Shown piece after piece: positions 37,227-46,680 of a stretch of 64,000 nucleotides of DNA. The position numbers were made by a program, and so were the translations under genes. Numbering within the stretch: position 1 is the stretch's first letter; each line of letters opens with the position of its first letter. This DNA is from a virus. The stretch lies in the IMG/VR virus record IMGVR_UViG_3300045988_162015. The stretch is one strand, 5' to 3'. Below the pieces are notes generated by a model. It was given only the letters and a program-made list of their open reading frames with translations, did not search any database and was not told the DNA's origin.

Positions 37227-37410
37227 AGATAATATGACTATTGAAATTGATAGTCGAGATATTGAAGAAATTGAAAATAATTTTGATGATCTTGGTAAAT
37301 GGTTGACTGAACATTTTACCAGATTTGGTGCTCAAGCTGTTGTGCTTAGTGCAGTTATAGAAAAAGTAGAAGAATTAAAGGAAGAGTTGGCTAAAGAAGA
37401 AAATACGTAA
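37219..37410 (+). CDS. acidic hypothetical protein (63 aa)
   Basis: Overlapping start. Confidence 0.4.
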   Translation: MSEDNMTIEIDSRDIEEIENNFDDLGKWLTEHFTRFGAQAVVLSAVIEKVEELKEELAKEENT

Positions 37411-37423
37411 GGAGGGAACTTCA

Positions 37424-38248
37424 ATGTTCAAGGACTGGGTTGTCCGAGGCGATTGTCATGGCGATTTCACATGGCTTAACGCAAGAATGTTTAAAATTTT
37501 AAATCCAAAAGACTACGCAATTATTATCCTTGGTGATGTAGGTTTTAATAGTGGCAATACATTCAGGGATGATATGAAGAAAAAGTATGCAAGCCAGTTT
37601 GGATATTCTATCTATTGCGTGCGTGGCAATCACGAGGTACGTCCTGAAAATGTTGAAGGTATGGAGCGTATTTGGGATAGTAATGTCCAAGCTAACGTAT
37701 GGTATGAGCCGGCCTACCCTCTGATTAGGTATTTTGACAATTATGGTATCTATTATCTTAAAACAGAAGATAAAGAATATCGCACATTGGTAATTTGCGG
37801 TGCTTATTCTATTGATAAATATTATCGCCTTAAAAATAATCTGCTCTGGTGGAAAGATGAGCAGTTGACTGATACAGAAAAATCAGAAGTAGAGAGACTT
37901 ATTCGGCAGACTAACAAGCATTTTGACCTTGTGCTCTCGCACACTTGCCCTTATTCATGGGAGCCAAGAGATTTATTTTTACCTTGTGTGGACCAATCTA
38001 CTGTTGATAACAGTATGGAATTATGGTTAGAAAATATAGAAAAAGATATAGATTGGAACATTTGGCTTTGGGCACATTTTCACTGTGATAGAATTCAAGG
38101 CCCTCATTGTGAAATTTTTTATAACAATATAGATTTTCTTTCTGAAATTTGGGATAGATGGAATAATAATGATAAAGAAAGAAAAGATAGAATGAAAAAA
38201 AGTTTAGTTTTTTTCATTGAAAATAAATGGTCCAAAGAGTTTAAATAA
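37424..38248 (+). CDS. calcineurin-like metallophosphoesterase (lambda Ser/Thr-phosphatase-like)
   Basis: Motifs RGDCHGDF (GDxHG), ILGDVGFN (GDxxxRG-like) and VRGNHE (GNHE). Confidence 0.65.
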   Translation: MFKDWVVRGDCHGDFTWLNARMFKILNPKDYAIIILGDVGFNSGNTFRDDMKKKYASQFGYSIYCVRGNHEVRPENVEGMERIWDSNVQANVWYEPAYPLIRYFDNYGIYYLKTEDKEYRTLVICGAYSIDKYYRLKNNLLWWKDEQLTDTEKSEVERLIRQTNKHFDLVLSHTCPYSWEPRDLFLPCVDQSTVDNSMELWLENIEKDIDWNIWLWAHFHCDRIQGPHCEIFYNNIDFLSEIWDRWNNNDKERKDRMKKSLVFFIENKWSKEFK

Positions 38249-38271
38249 TTTTTTATAATATTTATAATAAG

Positions 38272-38315
38272 TATGGAGAGTGGAATTTTTTCTCCACTCT
38301 CCATACTTATTTAAT
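38272..38315 (+). terminator. hairpin terminator
   Basis: 16 bp stem AAGTATGGAGAGTGGA/TCCACTCTCCATACTT. Confidence 0.55.
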
Positions 38316-38333
38316 TTATTAGGGAGACTATTT

Positions 38334-39110
38334 ATGGATAAAAAAACATCAAAAGATATTTAGGTTGGAGCAAAATTTGGAAGATGGACAATTCTTGAAA
38401 TAAATACTAAAAATCCTAAAAGTAAAGCAGCACGACCTCCTAGAGTTGCGTTATGTCAATGTGAATGTGGTACTAAACGATATAAAGAATATAGAGATTT
38501 ATATTCAGGACGCTCTCAATCTTGTGGCTGTAGAGCCAGAGAACAGATAATATAGATGAATTATAATAAAGGAATCATCGAAGAAGGAACAAGATTTGGG
38601 TATTTAACATTTGTTAAAGATTTAGGATATAGAAAACAACAATGTCGAGATAAAAAAGAACGATGGAGTTTATGCCAATGTGATTGTGGAAATTTTATTG
38701 AAGTTAATAATAATAATTTAAAAAGTGGTGGAACTACTTCTTGCGGTTGTGTAAAATCTAGAGGAGAGAGAATTATAGGAGAACTTTTAAGGAAAAATAA
38801 TATAAATTTTTCTACTCAATATACTTTTTCAGATTTAAGAAGTGACAAAAATACTTTATTACGTTTCGATTTTGCTATTTTTATTAATAATCAGTTATAT
38901 GAATTAATAGAGTTTGATGGCAGGCAGCATTTCCAAGGTCCTGATGCTACTTGGAAAAACTCTGATAGTTTAGAAACTATTTAGCGAAGAGATAATTTAA
39001 AAAATGAATATTGTAAAAATCATAATATAAAATTAGTTAGAATACCTTATACTCAAATTAATAATATTAATTTAAAAACATTAGAATTAGATAACATTGA
39101 CCGCATCTAA
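38334..39110 (+). CDS. homing-endonuclease-like protein: two zinc-ribbon modules plus a Vsr/DUF559-like PD-(D/E)xK domain, with 3 in-frame TAG codons
   Basis: Tandem FGRWTIL...CQCECG...SCGC and FGYLTFV...CQCDCG...SCGC modules, then FDFAIF...IEFDGRQH. TAG codons at 38361, 38553 and 38982 link track ORFs 38556..38984 and beyond in one frame. It may instead be two genes split at 38553. Confidence 0.45.
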
Positions 39111-39203
39111 ACGGTCAATTCTTTTTAGCTATTAATTTTGACTTTTCATATAAAATATAGTATTATTTACTAGCTATTTATTTTATATTAAAGGAGAATT
39201 AAT

Positions 39204-39791
39204 ATGCGAAAATTCTTAAATGTCATTCTTGTAATCGCTATGGTTGCTTTAATGATGATGCCAGTAAATGCTTTTAACGTAATAAGTTATAGTGCTGATG
39301 GCGGAGACAGATTAGAAATCGAATACGGTCCTACAGAATATTGTAATTGCGGAATCGACCATACTAATAAACCCTTTGAATGGTGGACTGATATTACATC
39401 TACTGATAGTCCTCAATGGGATTTAATTCATAATTATTTAACTGTTTAGGAGAACGGCACATTAGCTACTGATGATGGCTATACTGCTTGTGCTCTTGGA
39501 AGGTATTTCGGTAAGATTGGTTCAAAATGGATTTTTATTTGTGAAGATGGTTCAGAAATTAAGGTAGTTAAAGCTGATGAAAAGCAAGACCGCCATACAA
39601 AAAACTGGGATTTAATTCACGGTATTATTTGTGATGAATTAATTGAGCTTGTTGTAGATAGTAAGATTAGTCAAACTTGCCCAACTGGTAATTTCAAAGA
39701 CCTTGAAGGTTTTGAAGGTAACATAATTGGGTGGAAAGAAGTCCTTAATAATGAATTGCCCGATTTGTTAAAAGGAACAATTTATAAATAA
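39204..39791 (+). CDS. secreted/membrane hypothetical protein (195 aa) with an in-frame TAG at 39447
   Basis: AAAGGAGAATTAATATG RBS. N-terminal signal-like hydrophobic segment. The frame continues for 114 codons past the TAG. Confidence 0.4.
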
Positions 39792-39817
39792 AATAATATT
39801 AAATGAGGTAATATAAA

Positions 39818-40318
39818 ATGAGCGTAGTTGCCGCGAAGGTATATGATAATAATATTCAAATGTCTGCAGATAGTATTTTAACTAATGGATGGGAAAAAGA
39901 CCCCAATACTAACTTTACTAAAATTATTTCTTTAAATGATATGATTGTTGGTAGTGTTGGTAATGCGGATGAATGTAGTCTTATGTGGCTGTATATGGAA
40001 AATCATCAACCGCTTAATGCTACAGAGAGAGAAATTCTTAATTATTTTGCTGAATTTGGTAAATGGAAAGGTGATATTGCTAATACTCGTGATATTAAGA
40101 ATAGTTATTTAATGGCTTTTGAAGGTCATCTTTTCCAAATTTGTGGATATTTGGTTAGAGAAATTAAAGATTATTATGCCATCGGTGCTGGTGCTCCTTA
40201 TGCTTTGACAGCACTTTATCTTGGACATGATTCAGAAGAAGCTGTTAAAGTTTCTTGTGCTATGTGTTGCTTCGTTTGTGAACCTATTGTGACATATAAT
40301 CAGAAAAAAGATAATTAA
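39818..40318 (+). CDS. HslV/proteasome-beta-like Ntn-hydrolase peptidase
   Basis: SVVAAKVYDNNIQMSADSILTNG...MIVGSVGNADEC...YYAIGAGAPYALTALYLG follows the HslV pattern. The N-terminal residue after Met is Ser. Confidence 0.45.
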   Translation: MSVVAAKVYDNNIQMSADSILTNGWEKDPNTNFTKIISLNDMIVGSVGNADECSLMWLYMENHQPLNATEREILNYFAEFGKWKGDIANTRDIKNSYLMAFEGHLFQICGYLVREIKDYYAIGAGAPYALTALYLGHDSEEAVKVSCAMCCFVCEPIVTYNQKKDN

Positions 40319-40327
40319 ACATAGATA

Positions 40328-40365
40328 AAAAGGGATAAAGATTTGATTCTTTATCCCTTTTTTAT
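40328..40365 (+). terminator. rho-independent terminator
   Basis: AAGGGATAAAG...CTTTATCCCTT followed by TTTTATTTTTAT. Confidence 0.65.
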
Positions 40366-40410
40366 TTTTATAAAAAAATATTATAAAATATTTATAGAAA
40401 AAATAAAGGG
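40364..40410. promoter_or_regulatory. phage middle/late promoter motif
   Basis: TTTTTATAAAAAAATATTATAAAATATTTATAGAAAAAATAAAGGGAG. Confidence 0.45.
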
Positions 40411-40421
40411 AGTAAATAATC

Positions 40422-42065
40422 ATGACACCTTATGAAGCATTAACGGCACAAGATAAGAAATATATTACTGAATATATTGAAACATGGGGTGGCGTTAATT
40501 CCCCTATTAAACTCAAAGCATCTCTTGATTATATCCTTCGAGAATGGAATAAGAGTAAACAAACTCTATTTAATATTTTTGGCGAAAAGTTAATGCTGGA
40601 GAAGGAAATCCAGGTTGAAGATGGAGATAATAAAAAAGTAAGAGAAGTTAATGAGTATCTCTATAGCACTAATCCTGGTATCAATTTTATTACAAATCTT
40701 CGTAGATTATTTGAATCTGATACTACTTATTTTGAAAATACTTATGCAACAAGGCATGCAATATATAATTTAATTCAAGCTTATCAACTTTTTACTAATA
40801 GAGTTGTTAAAGGATTTACTTATCACAATAAAGATGGTAAAGTAGTTAAAGTTCCAGAAGGAGCTAAGGTAATGAAAGTTCTTCAGAAAATGGCTAAAGA
40901 ATTTGATTTGCCTGATTTTGAAATTTTTCGCAATCATGTTTCACGTATTACTGAAGTACGTAAATCTAAAATTAAGTTTACATTATCTATTCATCCCTTG
41001 GATTATATGACTATGAGCGATAATGTAAATGGTTGGGAAAGTTGTATGAACTGGACTCAAGGGCCAGGCTCCTATCGTGCTGGTACTATTGAGATGATGA
41101 ACAGTCCTGTGGCTGTTGTAGCTTATATTACTACTAAGCCTTATTATCCAGCAAATACTTCAATTGAATGGACTTCCAAGAGTTGGAGAGAATTGATTAT
41201 TGTTCATCCAAATGCTATTTGTTCTGTAAAATCTTATCCTTATTACAATATTGCATTTGATAAAGCTCTTGTTAATTGGCTTGCTAATTTGGTTGAAGAA
41301 AAAACTGAATGGCGTTATAACAGAAAAAAGCCACAAGAAAGTTTAGATAGTTGTTCTTATATCGAAGCTTGGCAAGATAAAGAAGATGAAGATAATCATT
41401 TCCTGTTGGATTTTGAAACAAATGAAATGTATAATGATTTTGGTAATACAGAGAATTATGGAATTTTTTCAATTAATCCACCAGACAATAAATATCGTAC
41501 ATTCGCAATTAATTATTCTGGTTTAATGACTTGTATGTGCTGCGGCGGAAAAGATTATTGGGATGATGATACTGAAGCAGTTGTTTGCGAAGAATGCGAC
41601 CCACCTGAGTATTGTTATTGCTGTGGCGAACGAATTAATGCAAGTAATTCAATTGAAGTAGATGGCGAATTAGTTTGTGAAGATTGTTATCATGATTTGC
41701 CTAGATGTATGTGTTGTGAAGATGCTCATTTTGAGGATGATGTTACTCCGGTATTCGTTGGACACATCGATAATCAAACTATTAATATTGACTATGATGA
41801 GCATTATATTTGCAACGAATGTCTTGCCAATAAAGAATTGCCGAAATATCTTGATGATTCTAACGTTAGGACTAAAATAACTAAATTAGATGGCGGTCCT
41901 TATTATGGTAGGACAGCTCTCTTGATTGAAGAAGATGATTTAGATGTAGAAGCTAAAAAGATAATTTCTAATGATCCTTATTCTACTATAATTACTGATT
42001 ATACTTATGCTATTCGTCGTTATCCTGAACGTTTTTATAGTTACAATACATCAATCGCAATTTAA
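40422..42065 (+). CDS. large Cys-rich protein, family member B (HPLDYMTMSDN...WESCMNW plus C-terminal zinc ribbons)
   Basis: 547 aa. Paralog of 32459..34123. Confidence 0.55.
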   Translation: MTPYEALTAQDKKYITEYIETWGGVNSPIKLKASLDYILREWNKSKQTLFNIFGEKLMLEKEIQVEDGDNKKVREVNEYLYSTNPGINFITNLRRLFESDTTYFENTYATRHAIYNLIQAYQLFTNRVVKGFTYHNKDGKVVKVPEGAKVMKVLQKMAKEFDLPDFEIFRNHVSRITEVRKSKIKFTLSIHPLDYMTMSDNVNGWESCMNWTQGPGSYRAGTIEMMNSPVAVVAYITTKPYYPANTSIEWTSKSWRELIIVHPNAICSVKSYPYYNIAFDKALVNWLANLVEEKTEWRYNRKKPQESLDSCSYIEAWQDKEDEDNHFLLDFETNEMYNDFGNTENYGIFSINPPDNKYRTFAINYSGLMTCMCCGGKDYWDDDTEAVVCEECDPPEYCYCCGERINASNSIEVDGELVCEDCYHDLPRCMCCEDAHFEDDVTPVFVGHIDNQTINIDYDEHYICNECLANKELPKYLDDSNVRTKITKLDGGPYYGRTALLIEEDDLDVEAKKIISNDPYSTIITDYTYAIRRYPERFYSYNTSIAI

Positions 42066-42125
42066 TTGAAATTTTAAAAATAAAATAATATAATATATAC
42101 ATAAAATAAAGGAAAAATAAAAGGA
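42066..42125. promoter_or_regulatory. phage promoter motif, variant B
   Basis: AAATTTTAAAAATAAAATAATATAATATATACATAAAATAAAGGAAAAATAAAAGGAG. Confidence 0.4.
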
Positions 42126-42136
42126 GTTATTAAATT

Positions 42137-42532
42137 ATGGAAAAGAAGTTTACGAAGCGTGAGCTGTATGATGCTCTGATTGGCAAGCTGTGCGGTGAAG
42201 AGGTTGAGGTTGATGCACAGACTCTGGTTGATTTTTGTCAGGCAGAGATTGACCGTATTGATCAGCGTAATGCCAAGGACCGCGAGAAGCGTGAAGCCAA
42301 GAAGGCTGAGCCTGATGTCGCACGCGAGAAGGTATTTGCCGCAGTTGACGACCAGTTCCGTACTGCTGATGTGATTCATGATTCTATTGATGATGAAGAT
42401 ATTACCCTGGGTAAGGTTCGTCATCGTCTGGCCGGTCTTGTCCGCGATGGTCTGGTAAAGAAGCAGGAGATGAAGATTCCTGGCGGCGAGGGTGAGAAGA
42501 CGCGGCACGCCATGTGCTACGCAAGAGCTTAA
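42137..42532 (+). CDS. hypothetical charged protein (131 aa; GC-richer)
   Basis: AAAGGAGTTATTAAATTATG RBS. Confidence 0.5.
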   Translation: MEKKFTKRELYDALIGKLCGEEVEVDAQTLVDFCQAEIDRIDQRNAKDREKREAKKAEPDVAREKVFAAVDDQFRTADVIHDSIDDEDITLGKVRHRLAGLVRDGLVKKQEMKIPGGEGEKTRHAMCYARA

Positions 42533-42540
42533 TAAACGAA

Positions 42541-42570
42541 GGGTCGGGAAACCGACCCTTTTGTTTTGCC
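42541..42570 (+). terminator. rho-independent terminator
   Basis: AGGGTCGGGAAACCGACCCT followed by TTTGTTTTG. Confidence 0.65.
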
Positions 42571-42699
42571 ATTTTAAGGTGCTGCTCCGGCCAAGGTCAA
42601 GCGTCTATACCGAACATCCAAATTGAAAAGCGTTTTAAGAATTTTTTTGACTAAATGCTAATAATATGGTAAAATAATATAAAAAAGGAGTAGATAAAA

Positions 42700-43527
42700 A
42701 TGAAAGTTTGTTTAAGACATAATCAAGAAGAACAATATCTCCAAAAGGCAGATTAGGTTGAGGTTAAATGGGCATATATTGACCAACTTCTTGATTTAGT
42801 AGAAAAATATCCTGATAAAGATTTTGTCATAGATGCTCCAAAAGGCAAACCAATGGATTGGAAAAGTATAGCCACTTGTAAGGCCGGCCTACATTAGGGT
42901 CATACCTTTTATATCCGGCTACATGATTTAAATCCATTGCTTACATTACGCTGGATGGAGAAATACGATTTTAAATTTTTTTATAGTGAACCAGCAAAAA
43001 CATATTATGAGTTATATAATCTAAAAAAATTAGGTGTGTCATATGCTTATATTGATGCTCCCATTTTCTTTGATTTAAATGAAGTAAAAAAAGTAGATAT
43101 TCCTTTAAGACTTGTGCCAAATCGGGCATATATTCAAGGGCATATTCCACAAATGAGTGGCTTACATGGCACTTGGGTTCGTCCAGAAAAGCTTGATATT
43201 TATGAACCATATTTTGATGTTTGTGAATTTGAAAATGATGGACCTACGCAAGAACGAGCCTTCTACCGCATTTATTTTGAAGATAAGTCTTGGCCGAATG
43301 ACATGAATTCATTAATTTTTGGTCTTAATACTAATATTGATGATAGATTAGTATATGAAGGTCTTGATGAAATGCGGCTTAATTGTAAACAAGTATGTGA
43401 AACGCCAAAACCTTATTGTCAAATGTGTGATAAAGTATTGTATTTTGAACGTGCCGGACGTCAATGGGCTAAGGAATATATTGCTGAGCACGAGAAAGAA
43501 GATCAAGAACAGATAAGCCCTAATTGA
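42700..43527 (+). CDS. hypothetical protein (275 aa) with 2 in-frame TAG codons (42754, 42895)
   Basis: AAAAAAGGAGTAGATAAAAATG RBS. The frame joins track ORF 42937 through the TAGs. Confidence 0.45.
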
Positions 43528-43575
43528 TTCTTTAATAAAATTATTATATAATATTTATATAATAATAGAAGGGAA
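43528..43575. promoter_or_regulatory. phage promoter motif, variant B
   Basis: TTCTTTAATAAAATTATTATATAATATTTATATAATAATAGAAGGG. Confidence 0.45.
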
Positions 43576-43581
43576 TAAGAA

Positions 43582-44580
43582 ATGGGTAAAAAAGTTTTAG
43601 TTCCTGAGTTTACTGAAAATTGTAGAGGGCTTTTGGAAGGGCTATTCAAGATTAGTGAAGTAGGTCTTTTGAAAGCTCTTGGTGATTTTGTATCTAATAA
43701 ATATTCTAATGTAGAGATTACAGAAGATTATGTATATGCTGAAGGCAATATTCCTGTAATGCTTATCGCACACGTAGATACTGTATTTAGACAGCCAATT
43801 CGTCAATTTACTTATAATGAAAAAAGAGCTGTTTATAAAGGCAAGGAAGGTCTTGGAGCAGACGATAGAGCAGGTGTTTTTGCGATTATTCAGATTTTAC
43901 GCAAAAAGTATAGACCTTATGTTCTTTTTACAACAGATGAAGAAATGGGTGGCTATGGGGCACATATATTTGTTGAAGAGCATCCAGTAGCTCCAAATAT
44001 TAAGTACATGATTGAGCTTGATAGAGCTGGGGAAAGAGATTGTGTCTTCTATGAGTGTGAAAATTTTACATTCATGGATTATGTTGAAAGTTTTGGATTT
44101 AAGCAAGCAATTGGATCATTTACAGATATTAGTATTATTATGCCTGAATGGGAAATTGCCGGAGTAAATTTATCAGTTGGCTATCATCATGAACATACTC
44201 AAAATGAAGATTTGCATATTAGAACATTGTATAATACAATTAATAAAGTATGTAAAATGCTTGATGATATCGAAAATGCAGATAAATATAAGTTTATTCC
44301 CAGCAAGGAATATCTTCAGTGGATTACATTAACTAATAAATATCATATGCCTTATGATTTTGATGATGATAAACTTCTTAATTGTAGTTTTTGTAATCAG
44401 TTGTATTATGAGTGGGAAGATTTTCCTCTTGATATTGATGGAGTAAAGGTCCATGTATGTCCTGAATGCTTGGCTCTTGACCCTAATATTCATCAATGTG
44501 AAAAATGTTATAATTTATTTTATTCAAATAATATGAAAGAAAGAGTATGTAATAAATGTCGAGTCCCTGTTGTAATTTAA
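43582..44580 (+). CDS. Zn-dependent peptidase (M20/M28/M42-like) with a C-terminal zinc ribbon
   Basis: IAHVDTV, GADDRAG, EEMGGYG and HHEHT fit the metal-ligand pattern of co-catalytic Zn peptidases. The C-terminus carries CxxC...CxxC. Confidence 0.5.
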   Translation: MGKKVLVPEFTENCRGLLEGLFKISEVGLLKALGDFVSNKYSNVEITEDYVYAEGNIPVMLIAHVDTVFRQPIRQFTYNEKRAVYKGKEGLGADDRAGVFAIIQILRKKYRPYVLFTTDEEMGGYGAHIFVEEHPVAPNIKYMIELDRAGERDCVFYECENFTFMDYVESFGFKQAIGSFTDISIIMPEWEIAGVNLSVGYHHEHTQNEDLHIRTLYNTINKVCKMLDDIENADKYKFIPSKEYLQWITLTNKYHMPYDFDDDKLLNCSFCNQLYYEWEDFPLDIDGVKVHVCPECLALDPNIHQCEKCYNLFYSNNMKERVCNKCRVPVVI

Positions 44581-44660
44581 ATGAACTTAAAGAACAAGTA
44601 AAGAAGGTTATTGCCTATTCATAGGGGCTGGACATTAACCTTTTAAATATTGATAAATTA

Positions 44661-45983
44661 ATGAATGATTGGGAAGAGAATAAATGCAAATTTTATAGTA
44701 GGCTTCCTGGTAATAAATTAATTTATCAAAGTCATACACCTATTACAATGTCTATTTCAGAAGATGATAAAAAAGCTGAATTAGATTGTTTTATTGACAA
44801 CATTCGTTGGCGTTATGGCTTATTTGAATTAAGAGATTTTGTTGAAAATAATAGAAAAAATTTTTATAATAATATTTTAAGCGAAGATTATTCAATGAAT
44901 AATGGAACTATCATTCCAAAAGGAATGAAAATAATTAAAGCATTTAAATATTTTGTAGAAGATAAGGAAATTCTTACTGAAATACAAGATAAGGCTAGTA
45001 TGCTTATTCAAAACACAAAAATTAGTGGATATTTTTGTATGTCAGTTCATCCATTGGATTATCTTAGTTTAAGTGAAAATACACATAACTGGCGGTCATG
45101 CCATGCACTTGATGGAGAATACCGTGCTGGTAATTTATCTTATATGGCAGATAATTGTACAATTATATGCTATATTAAGAGTGAACATAATGCGGTTTTA
45201 CCTAGATTCCCAGATGATGTACCATGGGCAGATAAGAAGTGGCGTATGCTTCTTCATGTATCTGATGATGATACTATGGTTATTTCAGGCCGGCATTATC
45301 CTTATGAAAGTAAAGGATTGCAAGATTTTGCTCTTGAATTATATGAAACATTTTTCGGGCAAGGATACCGTTTTACTGATTGGTGTCATGAAAAATATAA
45401 TACATTTACAATAAATGATAAAATCTTTTCTAATGATAGCCGTTTATTGCCTACTGGATATGTAATGACTCCAGATATTAAGGTTATTGTTGACCCAAAA
45501 AATCCTTTACATTATAATGACCCTCTTCATTCTACTGTATATGACTATTGGTTTAGTATTGCTTATAGTGAACCTTATTGGCATGAAGAAGGTATTCCGC
45601 AAGATAAATTAATTCTTCCAAGAACTCGTACCACTACTAAAGTTAATATAGGACATGATGTAAAATGCTGTATTTGTGGTAAAAATGATTGTGTTTTAAC
45701 AGATACGATGCTTTGTATTGATTGTGAACTTAAATATGGTACAGAAGAAACAGAAGATTTTACTTTCTGCAGAGGATGCGGTAGACGTATTTATATTCCT
45801 GAAGCAATATCATTAGATGATGATGATGGTTATGTATGCCGCAGTTGCGGAGACAATTATTAGATATGTGATAATTGTAATATGTATTATGATAAAAAAG
45901 ATTTAATTTATGATGAAGAAAACAATGCTTACTACTGTGAAGCTTGTTATGATGAAATTTTATTTGATAGGGAGAATGAATAA
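44661..45983 (+). CDS. large Cys-rich protein, family member C (HPLDYLSLSEN...WRSCHAL plus zinc ribbons), with an in-frame TAG at 45861
   Basis: The frame continues past the TAG into 41 more codons of CxxC ribbons (ICDNCNMYY...CEACYDE), which matches the C-termini of paralogs A and B. Confidence 0.5.
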
Positions 45984-46291
45984 TGGCAAAAGGTAGTATT
46001 GCTAAAGATGCTGTTGTAGAAAAAATTGCAGAAGCATTTGGCGAAGATTTCCTCGGATCTTATGATAAAAAGTATTATGTGCGAGCTAAAGAAAATGGAC
46101 AATATATTCAGATTGCAATTAGTCTAACTTGTCCAAAAACACCTGTTGAATCTTTTGGTTCTATGGATTTTGGCAATAATGAACTTAATTTTGAAGATGG
46201 AGCAACAATTCAGCCTGCAAAAAAGGCTACAGAAATTAGTCCAGAAGAAGAAGAAAATTTAAAAACTTTAATTGAAAAGCTTGGTTTGTAA
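45983..46291 (+). CDS. hypothetical protein (102 aa)
   Basis: TAATG coupling. Confidence 0.5.
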   Translation: MAKGSIAKDAVVEKIAEAFGEDFLGSYDKKYYVRAKENGQYIQIAISLTCPKTPVESFGSMDFGNNELNFEDGATIQPAKKATEISPEEEENLKTLIEKLGL

Positions 46292-46325
46292 GAGAAAGTC
46301 AAATTGACTTTCTCTTATTTTTATG
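46291..46325 (+). terminator. rho-independent terminator
   Basis: AGAGAAAGTCAA/TTGACTTTCTCT palindrome followed by TATTTTTAT. Confidence 0.6.
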
Positions 46326-46398
46326 TTATAATTATTTATATAGGGCATATTATATTAATTAAATAATTAAATTTCTTATATAAGAAAGGAATAAAAAT

Positions 46399-46680
46399 AT
46401 GAAGAAGATTATAATTCCTCAAGAAGAAGTAAATTATCTTTAGAAATTAAATTATGAAATTGAAGCTAGAAAAAATTTATGTCAATTTTTAATTAGACAA
46501 AATATTAGAAATAAAGCTTTTGATGATTATCATAATGAGTATATAGAATTATTTGCTGAATATGAATTAGCTAAATTAGAATTAGAAAATAATTATATTA
46601 AACCAGTAATTGGAAATCAAACTTGTAATTGGAATTTAGATTTTTAGACAAACGAGGTAAATATTGATGTTATTTCCTAA
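46399..46680 (+). CDS. small protein upstream of the radical SAM gene (93 aa; 2 in-frame TAG); possible peptide-recognition partner
   Basis: AAGAAAGGAATAAAAATATG RBS. Overlaps the radical SAM start by 14 nt. The function is a guess. Confidence 0.35.
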
